Assembly (NCBI GenBank): GCA_041663145.1 | Contig: JBAZRG010000001.1 | Span: 156,942 to 220,941, forward strand | DNA length: 64,000 nt | Reading direction: 5' to 3' | Origin: Minisyncoccota bacterium | Lineage (GTDB): Bacteria; Patescibacteriota; Minisyncoccia; Phycocordibacterales; PALSA-1337 | Shown: piece after piece, positions 39,977 to 48,522 of the stretch | Position numbering within the stretch: the stretch's first letter is position 1 | How the letters are laid out: the number at the start of each line of letters is the position of its first letter | Made by a program: the position numbers and the translations under genes | Notes under the pieces: generated by a model | What the model saw: the letters and a program-made list of their open reading frames with translations, nothing else | Told to the model about the DNA's origin: nothing | The model's database searches: none

Positions 39977-40360
39977 ATGAATTTATTTTACGCAAAGAGT
40001 ACGAAAGGAGAGTTGATCTTTGACAACAAAAAAGCAATCCAAGATTATCTGTTCACGGTAGACGGTAAAGCACTGATCGTGAAGATTGAAAGGGAAACTG
40101 GCAGACGTTCGCAAAGTCAAAATAACTTCTACTGGTCATATCTAACAATCATCGCTAACGAGACCGGACACACCGAAAATGAATTGCACGAGCTGTTCAA
40201 GAGAATCTTCCTACCACCGCAGTACAAAACAATTCTAGGTCGAGAAGTGAAGTTACCGGCTTCGACTACGAACCTTAACAAAGTGGAATTTGGCGAGTAC
40301 ATGGACAAAATCTGTGCCGAAACAAATGTACCAATTCCTGATCCAAACCTATTCCCATGA
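39977..40360 (+). CDS. ninB: NinB/Orf-family recombination protein
   Basis: ...RSQSQNNFYWSYLTII... and the C-terminal ...ASTTNLNKVEFGEYMDKI... parallel lambda Orf motifs (RSLDQNRKLWACLGDV; GQSTSRMRVGEFAELLELI). Confidence 0.5.
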   Translation: MNLFYAKSTKGELIFDNKKAIQDYLFTVDGKALIVKIERETGRRSQSQNNFYWSYLTIIANETGHTENELHELFKRIFLPPQYKTILGREVKLPASTTNLNKVEFGEYMDKICAETNVPIPDPNLFP

Positions 40361-40638
40361 AATCCCGCATTATAAAAAACTGTAGAACATGTGGAAAGGA
40401 AATGTCTTTACGCCCAAGCATAGGTCATCAAAGTTTCTGTTCACATTATTGCTACGTTCAAAGCCGTTTAGGTATCCCGCTTTCAGAAGAGAAAAAGATT
40501 GAGATTGTCGAGATGATACTCAAGCCTAAAACATCTAACTGGGTAGGTGACAGTGCGGTATCAAGAGCAACAGGCGCAACAATTCATCAAGTTAGGCGCA
40601 TTCGGGAGAAATTACAAGTGTTCAATGAAAAAAGATGA
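40357..40638 (+). CDS. zinc-ribbon plus HTH small protein
   Basis: CRTCGK...CSHYC and the C-terminal ...ATGATIHQVRRIREKL. Confidence 0.4.
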   Translation: MKSRIIKNCRTCGKEMSLRPSIGHQSFCSHYCYVQSRLGIPLSEEKKIEIVEMILKPKTSNWVGDSAVSRATGATIHQVRRIREKLQVFNEKR

Positions 40639-41189
40639 AACGCTCGCCACTAAAGAAAAAGTCGAAATTACCAATCAGTAGATTGCAGAGGCAAATCTGG
40701 GAATACTTGTTATTTCTTTCTGCCAAAAGAACATATAAAAAATTACAAAATAAAAATGTATTTTCAATGAAAGACGCTAAAAAATGTATCAGGTGTGGTA
40801 AGTCTTATAGTCCAACATACAATATTTCTCAAAAAGAATGGGATAAGCAAAAATATTGTACTCGTGAATGCTCATATAAAGACAGAGTTAGTATTAAAAA
40901 TCCTCAGTCTGAAGAAGGTAGAAAGAAGATGTCGCTGTCAAAGATTGGTAGAAATAATCCTAATTACAAAGAAAACGGTACGACATTAAACGCATTGCAT
41001 AGGTATATGGAAAAAAGAGTTCCCAAACCGAAATGTTGTGAGATATGTAAAATTGCTACTCCGTTAGATTTAGCCAATAAGGGAAAATATTGTCGTGATG
41101 TTAAAGAGTGGTACTGGTTATGTAGAAGATGTCACATGTTATCAGATGGGAGAATGAAAAATTTGTCTCAATATAATGAAAAGAAATAA
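40635..41189 (+). CDS. NinG-like N-terminus fused to NUMOD3 repeats and an HNH-like Cys/His cluster (homing-endonuclease-like)
   Basis: The N-terminus MKRSPLKKKSKLPISRLQRQIWEYL parallels the downstream NinG-like gene. NUMOD3-like SEEGRKKMSLSKIGRNNPNYK. C-terminal CCEICK...WLCRRCH. Confidence 0.45.
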   Translation: MKRSPLKKKSKLPISRLQRQIWEYLLFLSAKRTYKKLQNKNVFSMKDAKKCIRCGKSYSPTYNISQKEWDKQKYCTRECSYKDRVSIKNPQSEEGRKKMSLSKIGRNNPNYKENGTTLNALHRYMEKRVPKPKCCEICKIATPLDLANKGKYCRDVKEWYWLCRRCHMLSDGRMKNLSQYNEKK

Positions 41190-41571
41190 ATTAAAGAAGC
41201 AAAGCAAACAACCAATAAGCAGGCTTCAGAGGAAAATTTGGAGTTTGTGCAAACTTATTATCAGAAAAAAATATCCACACGAATGTTACACTTGTGGCGC
41301 AAAAAATCTATCAGGTTCTAACCTTCATACCGGACACATGTGGGCAAAGGCAAGTCTGGGAGCGTTCCTAAAGTACGACCTACGAGTGTTACGCCCACAG
41401 TGTTACAACTGCAACATAAACAGGGGAGGAATGGGGGCAGACTTCTACAAAAAAATGCTAAACGAAATCGGGCAAGTAGAAATGGAAAAGCTCGAAAGAG
41501 ATAGGCAAGTGAGTGTGAAAGCGTATGACCATTACTTAAAAATATTATCAGAATATCAAAAACTAGTATGA
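41176..41571 (+). CDS. ninG: NinG/Rap-family protein (recombination-associated HNH-like)
   Basis: C.TCG...TGH...LR....C..CN..RGG....Y...L.EIGQ..E.LE aligns with lambda NinG (CISCG...AGH...LRF...C.VCN..K.G....Y...L..IGQ). Confidence 0.55.
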   Translation: MKRNKLKKQSKQPISRLQRKIWSLCKLIIRKKYPHECYTCGAKNLSGSNLHTGHMWAKASLGAFLKYDLRVLRPQCYNCNINRGGMGADFYKKMLNEIGQVEMEKLERDRQVSVKAYDHYLKILSEYQKLV

Positions 41572-41729
41572 CTAACGAGGCACTAAAAAATGGATTTCTG
41601 GCAACACTGGCTGACGATGAACAGGGCGGCATCTGGGTTTACTGCAATGAAAAAGACCCGAACAGAAAAGGTTTCCTACTTAAATGCTGCAAAGGTTGTA
41701 AACATAATCCATATGAACTAACACGATAA
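41568..41729 (+). CDS. small Cys-rich phage protein (weak)
   Basis: 53 aa. ATGA overlap with the ninG stop. The C-terminus CCKGCKHNPYE. Confidence 0.25.
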   Translation: MTNEALKNGFLATLADDEQGGIWVYCNEKDPNRKGFLLKCCKGCKHNPYELTR

Positions 41730-42021
41730 AACATTCCTCGCTATGTTCGCCCTCTTACTCGCTATCATCTCAATCCCCATTATTATCTTAATAGCAATTA
41801 TATGAACATGATACTCGCTTTCTGGTGGTTACCAATTTGGGCAGTCTTTATGGTGGTAGGGCTGCTTTCAGGAGATGTTAGCTTCACCATAACTGCGTTG
41901 TTTATAGCAGTGTTAGGAATGGGAGTGAATCTTATTCGCTTTATTAGTTCATTCAGATAAAACTACTATGACCCTACAACAAACAATTGATAGTACGGTG
42001 AAAGTTGCATGATATGACCAC

Positions 42022-42573
42022 ATGATATATACTGTGAGTATGATTTCATCAAAACATAATATATCAATAAAAGACTACCGAGATATTCATTACTGGTTAA
42101 AAAAGAATTTTGGTAAAGCAGAAAGATGTTACAACAAAGATTGTGAAAAAAAATCAACCGTATATCAATGGGCAAAAATAAAAGACAAAAAATATGTTAA
42201 AGATAGAAATAGTTTTACTCAATTATGTAGATCATGTCATTCAAAAGAAGATATAACTCAAGAGACGAAAGACAAGATTTCAAAGGCACACAAAGGCAGA
42301 AAACTATCCGAAGCACATAAAGAAAAGATACGACAATTCAACATAGGTAGGAAACACCCAAATTATCAGAAGACAAGAGAAACGAAAGACAAACTAGCAA
42401 AGAGATACACATTTAACGGAAAAACATTGAATCTTAGAGAATGGTCAGAGATAACAGGATTGCAGAAAAATACTCTCTGGACTCGTATAAATTCGTATAA
42501 TTGGACAATAGCAGATGCAATGACTATACCGTATTGTAAACACCTTAAAAAATATCATGCAAAAAATAATTAA
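42022..42573 (+). CDS. HNH homing endonuclease with NUMOD3 motifs
   Basis: ...CRSCHSKED... followed by tandem NUMOD3-like TKDKISKAHKGRKLSEAHKEKIRQFNIGRKHPNY and a C-terminal DNA-binding tail. Confidence 0.55.
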   Translation: MIYTVSMISSKHNISIKDYRDIHYWLKKNFGKAERCYNKDCEKKSTVYQWAKIKDKKYVKDRNSFTQLCRSCHSKEDITQETKDKISKAHKGRKLSEAHKEKIRQFNIGRKHPNYQKTRETKDKLAKRYTFNGKTLNLREWSEITGLQKNTLWTRINSYNWTIADAMTIPYCKHLKKYHAKNN

Positions 42574-42838
42574 CAAAATTTTGAAAGAGTACGATGATTA
42601 CTTCTTTGAAGCAACACATGGTCGAAATGATGTTAGGCGAGAAAAGATTATCTCCTCAATCAAAAAAGCAGTGGAGATGGCGTTCAAAGAGATAGAGGTG
42701 GAGAAAGAAGTTAAAATATATAGAAAAGACGAGCAAGGTAATACAAGGAAATTGGCAGTGGCAATGCTTAAAAGTGAAGGCTTCAACTCCGCCCTCTCCC
42801 TCATTGAGAAGAAGAAAAGTTTATTTCTTAACAAATGA
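42557..42838 (+). CDS. hypothetical phage protein
   Basis: 93-aa ORF. Confidence 0.35.
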   Translation: MQKIINKILKEYDDYFFEATHGRNDVRREKIISSIKKAVEMAFKEIEVEKEVKIYRKDEQGNTRKLAVAMLKSEGFNSALSLIEKKKSLFLNK

Positions 42839-42841
42839 TGT

Positions 42842-43018
42842 ATGAAAGAAAAATACTCACAAAAAATGCAGTGCGAAAATTGCGGAGACACTTTTGAGAC
42901 CGATTTTTCAATGGGTGTTTCATGCAAAAGGCTTCAAGTTTGTAAAAATTGCGGGTGCTTGTCAGCTCGTGCTACCGGTGTTCCTAAAAGACCGTACTCA
43001 GGATACATGAATAACTAA
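42842..43018 (+). CDS. small zinc-ribbon protein (weak)
   Basis: 58 aa; CENCG...CKNCGC. Confidence 0.25.
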   Translation: MKEKYSQKMQCENCGDTFETDFSMGVSCKRLQVCKNCGCLSARATGVPKRPYSGYMNN

Positions 43019-43069
43019 CCCACCCCCAAGTCGAGTGGGGAGTAAGGTAAGAGAGGTTAAATAAAACAC

Positions 43070-43237
43070 ATGAAACGCCATATCGAAAAAATCGTAAAAG
43101 TTTGTGGATTGCCAGAAGAATTTGTGTCTGAATATGTACTAGGCGCAAGTTCGGCAGAAGAAGGCATCAGGCGAATGAAAGAGTATGTGAAATGCGTCAG
43201 AAAGGTTGAAAAAGAGGATTTATTGTCACAGAAATAG
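43070..43237 (+). CDS. small hypothetical protein (weak)
   Basis: 55 aa, preceded by a small hairpin at 43024-43040. Confidence 0.25.
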   Translation: MKRHIEKIVKVCGLPEEFVSEYVLGASSAEEGIRRMKEYVKCVRKVEKEDLLSQK

Positions 43238-43528
43238 TGCACATTAACAACGTAAAGAGAATCAAAAGCTGGAGATGGCGCAAAAGGTGAGACGCTAGGG
43301 TGTATGCAAATGATTCTGGCGCATACCCCGACTATACATGGGTCGATAGCCCCGCATGACGATGTAGCCAGCATCTGGTTAAAAGCCAAAGATACATGCG
43401 AAAGACCTGCAAGGTGACCAAGTGAGTGTAGCCGAGTTAGGAAATTACTCACATAAGAAATCCTTGCTCTCCAGCTCTTGGTTCTTTTTACAAAACACCC
43501 AACTTAGTAACTATTAAATGTAACTACC

Positions 43529-43909
43529 ATGCAATACAAAAACAAAACAACAGGTGAGCTCATAGACTTAGACAATTTTGAAGAAGTAAAAGAACCATTA
43601 GACGGTTTCAAGAATTCTGTAAAACAAGTGATTGAAGGCAAGACTTTAGAATGGGGTGAGGTGTCAGATAGAGAAATGGACTGGTTTGAAGCCAAGGCGT
43701 GGTGTGAAGAAAGAGGTGGTCGATTACCAACACGAGTTGAACTCTTACAAGCATTTGATGAAAAAGTAGAAGGCTTCCAAGGTTTCTACTTCTGGTCGTC
43801 TACCGAGTACTATAATAATACGGCTCTCGCTTGGCCCGTGAACTTGGCCAGCGGCTACACTAACTTTAACACCAAGACTAATAGCGGCTACGTACGTTGT
43901 GTCCGTTAA
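43529..43909 (+). CDS. DUF1566 (Lcl C-terminal-like) domain protein
   Basis: W..ERGGRLPTRVELLQAF......YFWSSTEY...ALAW.V....G......K...GYVRCVR matches the DUF1566 signature. Confidence 0.55.
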   Translation: MQYKNKTTGELIDLDNFEEVKEPLDGFKNSVKQVIEGKTLEWGEVSDREMDWFEAKAWCEERGGRLPTRVELLQAFDEKVEGFQGFYFWSSTEYYNNTALAWPVNLASGYTNFNTKTNSGYVRCVR

Positions 43910-43921
43910 GGCAATAAATAT

Positions 43922-44092
43922 ATGATTAAAATCACCAAACACCAAGAGATAGAGGATGATGTAGCAGGGGAAATAGAATTCTTTATTAAAGGATTCCCTA
44001 CTCTTGCATGGGATGATGACAATCTAGAAATGACTCTCACCCTCCCCGAAGCTAAGGAATTATTAACAGCATTAACAGAAAAATTGAGATGA
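43922..44092 (+). CDS. small hypothetical protein (weak)
   Basis: 56 aa. Its stop overlaps the next start (ATGA). Confidence 0.25.
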   Translation: MIKITKHQEIEDDVAGEIEFFIKGFPTLAWDDDNLEMTLTLPEAKELLTALTEKLR

Positions 44093-44241
44093 AATATATT
44101 TTCAACATGTTAGGTTTTGCTATTATAGGATTTGCCACAGCTCATGGTGGTATATCATTGGCGGATATATCTTTTTGGTTAATTCTTCTCGGAGTATTTA
44201 TTGTCAATTTTAACAGTATAAACAATAACCAACCTTACTAG
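44089..44241 (+). CDS. small membrane peptide (weak)
   Basis: 50 aa, two hydrophobic segments. It is preceded by the AAATTGAGATGAA motif. Confidence 0.25.
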   Translation: MKYIFNMLGFAIIGFATAHGGISLADISFWLILLGVFIVNFNSINNNQPY

Positions 44242-44256
44242 CTAATTAAAATTGAG

Positions 44257-44505
44257 ATGAAGGAACCACATACTACACAATTTCACACGGCAGAAGCGTG
44301 GGAAAAAGGTTTATCAGAAACATTCCGTAACTGGGTAGCTCCATATATACTACGCAATGCAAAACCACTAAGCAAGGCGAGGTTAGCTAAATTAAAAAAG
44401 AAAAGGATTGAATATATAAAGAAAGAGAAGAATAGGCGAGCCAAGAAAATAACTATGACAGTCGGGGAATTGGAGGATAAATTAGAAGAAGCAAGTGATT
44501 ATTAG
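44257..44505 (+). CDS. hypothetical phage protein
   Basis: 82 aa, Lys/Arg-rich C-terminus. The same upstream motif. Confidence 0.35.
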   Translation: MKEPHTTQFHTAEAWEKGLSETFRNWVAPYILRNAKPLSKARLAKLKKKRIEYIKKEKNRRAKKITMTVGELEDKLEEASDY

Positions 44506-44520
44506 CTAATTAAAAATTAG

Positions 44521-44724
44521 ATGAAAGGAACAAATATATTTTTAGGTGAGCTAGACTTGAAAGAGCGAGGAACGGCAATCGAAAGTTCTATACAAAAAGG
44601 TAGATGGGTTTATGCTCGCCCAGTTGGCTACATCTCGTTTTGGCACACTCTAAAATGTGCTTGGAAAGTATTAACACACAAGGCTGATATAGTCGTATGG
44701 AACGAGCCTGGAAACAATTACTAA
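44521..44724 (+). CDS. hypothetical phage protein
   Basis: 67 aa; the same upstream motif. Confidence 0.35.
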   Translation: MKGTNIFLGELDLKERGTAIESSIQKGRWVYARPVGYISFWHTLKCAWKVLTHKADIVVWNEPGNNY

Positions 44725-44725
44725 C

Positions 44726-44956
44726 ATGACACCTGAACAATTGAGAGAGGAGTTTTATAAAAGGTTTATAAAATCTGAATGTTCTGAAATGGAAATCGAC
44801 TGGTGGCTCGCCAAGCTCCAAGAAGCCACTAAAGAGGCGGTGGAGAAGGAAAGAAAATCTTTGTGTATTAAAATTCAAAGAATGATTGATGAAAATAGCC
44901 ATATAGCGAATTACTACGACACTGCCAATGAAATTCTTGCTCTACTCCAAAGATGA
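44726..44956 (+). CDS. hypothetical phage protein
   Basis: 76 aa. Confidence 0.35.
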   Translation: MTPEQLREEFYKRFIKSECSEMEIDWWLAKLQEATKEAVEKERKSLCIKIQRMIDENSHIANYYDTANEILALLQR

Positions 44957-44977
44957 GAAATAATAAATAAATACACG

Positions 44978-45148
44978 ATGAAAGAATTAACACCTGACTA
45001 CCTAAAGCGTATGGAAGAAGTGGCGAATAGAATAAACGATTTCATCCGTCATCCCGCTTTCGGGCAGTTTATAAATGACCTTTATCAAATCACTGGAGCA
45101 ATAGAGGGACTCACTCAAGGTGCAAAAGGATCGCCCATTATCAAATAA
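44978..45148 (+). CDS. small hypothetical protein (weak)
   Basis: 56-aa ORF below the track cutoff. Confidence 0.2.
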   Translation: MKELTPDYLKRMEEVANRINDFIRHPAFGQFINDLYQITGAIEGLTQGAKGSPIIK

Positions 45149-45159
45149 CATTACAAACC

Positions 45160-45462
45160 ATGAACACAATCACACAATACCTAGCGGATCGGGAGAAACT
45201 ATTTGAGGAGCAGTTTCCCCAGAGGGATATTGCCGATGCTGTTGAAGGTTGGTGGATAAAAATACCAGATCCAGAAGCCATCCAATCCTTCCACCGCCAA
45301 TCTCTCACAGGCTTGCTCGAACTCTTGGCTAGGGAGGCGGAGGGCATGATAGAAGTAAGTGAAAGTCATCCATCAAAATTATACATGTCAGGACGAAAGG
45401 CTCTCGCCTCTGACTTCGCCAACATTATTAGAGACTCGCTAACGCCTACGGGCAGGGAATGA
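45160..45462 (+). CDS. hypothetical phage protein
   Basis: 100 aa. Confidence 0.35.
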   Translation: MNTITQYLADREKLFEEQFPQRDIADAVEGWWIKIPDPEAIQSFHRQSLTGLLELLAREAEGMIEVSESHPSKLYMSGRKALASDFANIIRDSLTPTGRE

Positions 45463-45463
45463 T

Positions 45464-46129
45464 ATGAAAATACTCGATGCGTGTTGTGGGGGAAGGACAT
45501 TCTGGTTTGATAAAAAACATCCCGATACCTTGTTCGTTGATAAAAGAGTGATGCAACCAAGAACAATCGGAAACGGAAAAAATGCTCGAACCCGAAGATG
45601 TTTACCAGATAAAGTGATGGACTTCCGCAATTTGGAGTTTTCTGACAACACTTTTTCTTTAGTAGTGTTTGACCCACCACACTTGAAAACGCTCGGTGCC
45701 AATAGTTACATGGCGGCGATGTATGGTGTGCTTGATAAAGATACTTGGCAAGAAGACCTAAAAAAAGGATTTGCCGAATGTTTTAGAGTGTTGAAACCAG
45801 ATGGTGTTCTTATTTTCAAATGGTGTGAGTATGAGATACCATTGAGTCAAATTCTAAAACTCACTCCTGTTGCGCCATTATTCGGACACCCAAGTGGTAA
45901 GCAACAAAAAACGCATTGGGTAACATTTATGAAACAAACCCCGCCCACAGAGGGCACAAAGATATTCGAAGGAAAAAACAGCTCACTTAGAAAGACATAT
46001 GAAGCGGCGGTTACACCAGAGACATGTGAATATATGATTATGACCCCAAGTCCACTTCACAACGGTGGCATGTGGTGCGCCGAACCGTATCCTTGTAAGT
46101 TTCATGGAGAGTGGAAATTAAACAGATAA
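45464..46129 (+). CDS. putative SAM-dependent DNA methyltransferase (amino-methyltransferase-like)
   Basis: N-terminal ILDACCGGRTFWFD (motif I-like) and VVFDPPH (a DPPY/H-like motif IV). Confidence 0.45.
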   Translation: MKILDACCGGRTFWFDKKHPDTLFVDKRVMQPRTIGNGKNARTRRCLPDKVMDFRNLEFSDNTFSLVVFDPPHLKTLGANSYMAAMYGVLDKDTWQEDLKKGFAECFRVLKPDGVLIFKWCEYEIPLSQILKLTPVAPLFGHPSGKQQKTHWVTFMKQTPPTEGTKIFEGKNSSLRKTYEAAVTPETCEYMIMTPSPLHNGGMWCAEPYPCKFHGEWKLNR

Positions 46130-46133
46130 ACAT

Positions 46134-46529
46134 ATGAAAAAGAAAAAAATGATTACTTTGCTTGTTCCGATTTTTACAGAAGAATATTCAATTCGAGTAT
46201 GCCTTGGTACTCGTTCGCAAATACTATGTTTCGCTTCCGACTATCTCAATCAATCATTGAAGGCAGTTGAGAATGATTATGGGAATTGTAGAGGTAGGGC
46301 ATGGAACGCACTTGATGATGTCTATGGACGTAAGAATCCTATTATTGTTATTGATTCAACATTACCGGCACATGTTGCACTTGCTACTGTGGCTCACGAA
46401 GCATCACACGCTATGGATTTTATTGAGGAGTATGTCGGAGTTAGAGACAGAAATGGAGAATTTCACGCACATGGTATATCTGCAGTTATGAGAGCCGTAG
46501 GTAATAAATTATTATCTAAATTCAAATGA
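46134..46529 (+). CDS. hypothetical protein with an HExxH motif (possible metallopeptidase-like)
   Basis: ATVAHEASHAMDF...EFHAHG. Confidence 0.3.
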   Translation: MKKKKMITLLVPIFTEEYSIRVCLGTRSQILCFASDYLNQSLKAVENDYGNCRGRAWNALDDVYGRKNPIIVIDSTLPAHVALATVAHEASHAMDFIEEYVGVRDRNGEFHAHGISAVMRAVGNKLLSKFK

Positions 46530-46695
46530 TTGAAATAGGTACCGTAGCAAGGATAGTAACAGGGGCGTTGGTGGTAGGATTTATTATTGGAATAGCGTTA
46601 TCCACATGACTTCTGTAATGGGTGTGGTACAATAAGGGCACAACTAAATAGGGAAACCACTGGAACGCAACTTTTGTGCGTTTCATTTTATTTAT

Positions 46696-46863
46696 ATGAG
46701 AACAATGGAGCTAGATTATTTCTTTACATTCAATGTCAGATTCAAAACAAGGAACATTCGAGTTAAAATCTGCCCCCGTTGCGGAGGTAAGTACCTACCA
46801 ACACATAAGTCACCAGATATATGCTTATTCTGTTTCTGGGGTAAGAGGAAAATAATCAAATGA
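46696..46863 (+). CDS. small zinc-ribbon protein (weak)
   Basis: 55 aa; CPRCGG...CLFC. ATGA overlap with the next gene. Confidence 0.25.
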   Translation: MRTMELDYFFTFNVRFKTRNIRVKICPRCGGKYLPTHKSPDICLFCFWGKRKIIK

Positions 46864-47258
46864 ACATCTCATTTTCAAAAGAAAAGCCAGAGATATACGC
46901 AAAACTCAAAGAGAAGTTTAACGTTAACTGGGATGATGGACTGATTATAGCGAACGGAGACACGATTCACTGTGCATACCAAGTACCACCAGAAAAAGTT
47001 GTACATGAAATTACACATTTGAAAAGACAGCAGGAGATCGGGAAAGATTTGTGGTGGTCACTCTACATCGATCGTCCGAGTTTCAGATTAGAGGAGGAGA
47101 CACTAGCTTACAAAGCCGAGTACAAGTTTATCTGTGAGAACGTCCACGATAGAAACGACAGATTCCAATACCTCTACCAAATGGCACAAACACTTTCATC
47201 ACCACAATACGGTCGATTGTGTACAGGAGATGAGGCTATGAAACTTATCCAGACGTAA
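46860..47258 (+). CDS. hypothetical phage protein
   Basis: 132 aa. Confidence 0.4.
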   Translation: MNISFSKEKPEIYAKLKEKFNVNWDDGLIIANGDTIHCAYQVPPEKVVHEITHLKRQQEIGKDLWWSLYIDRPSFRLEEETLAYKAEYKFICENVHDRNDRFQYLYQMAQTLSSPQYGRLCTGDEAMKLIQT

Positions 47259-47262
47259 ATAT

Positions 47263-47472
47263 ATGCAAACGAATCCAAATTTATCGAAATGTCCGACATG
47301 CAATAAATGGCGGAATAAACATAGGAAGTTCAATGAATTTAATGAGTGTCGAGGTTGTTATAAATATAGGTTACATAAGCAAAAAGTAATTAAAGAAAGA
47401 GAGCGAATTATGCAGGAAAACCAATTTACCCAAATGAAAGAATTGAATAAATATAAACTCTACGTTAAGTAA
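47263..47472 (+). CDS. small Cys-rich protein
   Basis: CPTCNKW...CRGC. Confidence 0.3.
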   Translation: MQTNPNLSKCPTCNKWRNKHRKFNEFNECRGCYKYRLHKQKVIKERERIMQENQFTQMKELNKYKLYVK

Positions 47473-47585
47473 CGGAATTCCAAACACATGATGCCCAAGA
47501 TTGTGGGCTGGATTGCGTTGAGGTTCGCCCCGCAATTCAATCCGACCCACAACCATGAGCGTCAAAACATAATCATAACAAATAT

Positions 47586-48164
47586 ATGGCAAAAGTAGGC
47601 AGACCAACAGATATAAGTTTGAATAGATGTCCACTTTGTAATGGATGTGGTGCTATTAATTATGATTTGGAAATCGCCTTAAAGGAAAAATTAAAACTTT
47701 ATGATGATAAGAAAATACCACAAAGTGCTATAACAAAAAGTATTTATGAAGTGTTATTCCTAAAGTATGGTTTTACACCAACTATTGGGGAAGCATTGGA
47801 GTTTTTTGAGATTCCTAATATTTCGATTTACAAATTCTTTTTGAGTAAAATCCAGAAAATTGGAATGGCTTTTATAAATGAAAAAGTTAATCAAAGACTT
47901 TCAAGAAGAAAAAGAATGCTTGCGATTATTTCGACAGATGATGGATCAATTACAAGGGAAACTCTTGATTCTTTAATCAAATCGCAGAATTTTAAGTGTA
48001 ATCTATGTAAGTGTTCAATAGTTGAGAGAGGTAACAGGCATGCAGATCATATAACGCCCTTATCAAAAGGAGGTGAACATCAGATAAATAACATTCAATG
48101 GTTATGTATTAATTGCAATGTGCATAAGAGTAATAAGATTAATTTCAATTTCAATGAAAAATAA
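47586..48164 (+). CDS. HNH endonuclease (terminase-associated)
   Basis: The C-terminus CNLCKC...HADHITPLSKGGEHQINNIQWLCINCNVHKSNK. It lies immediately upstream of the terminase genes. Confidence 0.6.
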   Translation: MAKVGRPTDISLNRCPLCNGCGAINYDLEIALKEKLKLYDDKKIPQSAITKSIYEVLFLKYGFTPTIGEALEFFEIPNISIYKFFLSKIQKIGMAFINEKVNQRLSRRKRMLAIISTDDGSITRETLDSLIKSQNFKCNLCKCSIVERGNRHADHITPLSKGGEHQINNIQWLCINCNVHKSNKINFNFNEK

Positions 48165-48522
48165 AGGAGGTAGACCAAAAATAATAGATGAAATCATTAT
48201 TGAAAAACTTGAGTTGGCATTTTCAATGGATGCAACTGATGATGAAGCGTGCTTTTATGCGGATATTTCACCTGCAACGCTGTATAACTATCAAAAGGAT
48301 AATCCAGTGTTTTTAGAGAGAAAAAACCAGTTAAAGCAAAATCCTGTTTTGCTTGCTCGAAAGACAGTTGTAGCGAAAATCCCAGAATCCTATCAAAACG
48401 CTATGGATTACTTGAAACGAAAGAGAAAGCGAGAGTTTGGCGATAACGTAGATATGACTACGAATGGCGAGAAGATAAACATAAGCTTCGACACTTCATT
48501 CAAACCAGATGCTTCTGTATGA
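48154..48522 (+). CDS. terminase small subunit (putative)
   Basis: MKNKGGRPKIIDEIIIEKLELAFSMDATDDEAC... gives an HTH N-terminus typical of TerS. It directly precedes TerL. Confidence 0.5.
   Translation: MKNKGGRPKIIDEIIIEKLELAFSMDATDDEACFYADISPATLYNYQKDNPVFLERKNQLKQNPVLLARKTVVAKIPESYQNAMDYLKRKRKREFGDNVDMTTNGEKINISFDTSFKPDASV

Noticed and set aside
43057-43452. 131-aa minus-strand ORF
   Set aside because: Low-complexity Ser/Phe-rich translation overlapping a plus-strand small gene and the candidate RNA region, against the uniform plus-strand orientation of the phage.
42022-43528. Group I intron housing the HNH/NUMOD3 endonuclease
   Set aside because: No interrupted host gene and no recognisable P/Q/R/S core elements. 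The endonuclease appears free-standing.
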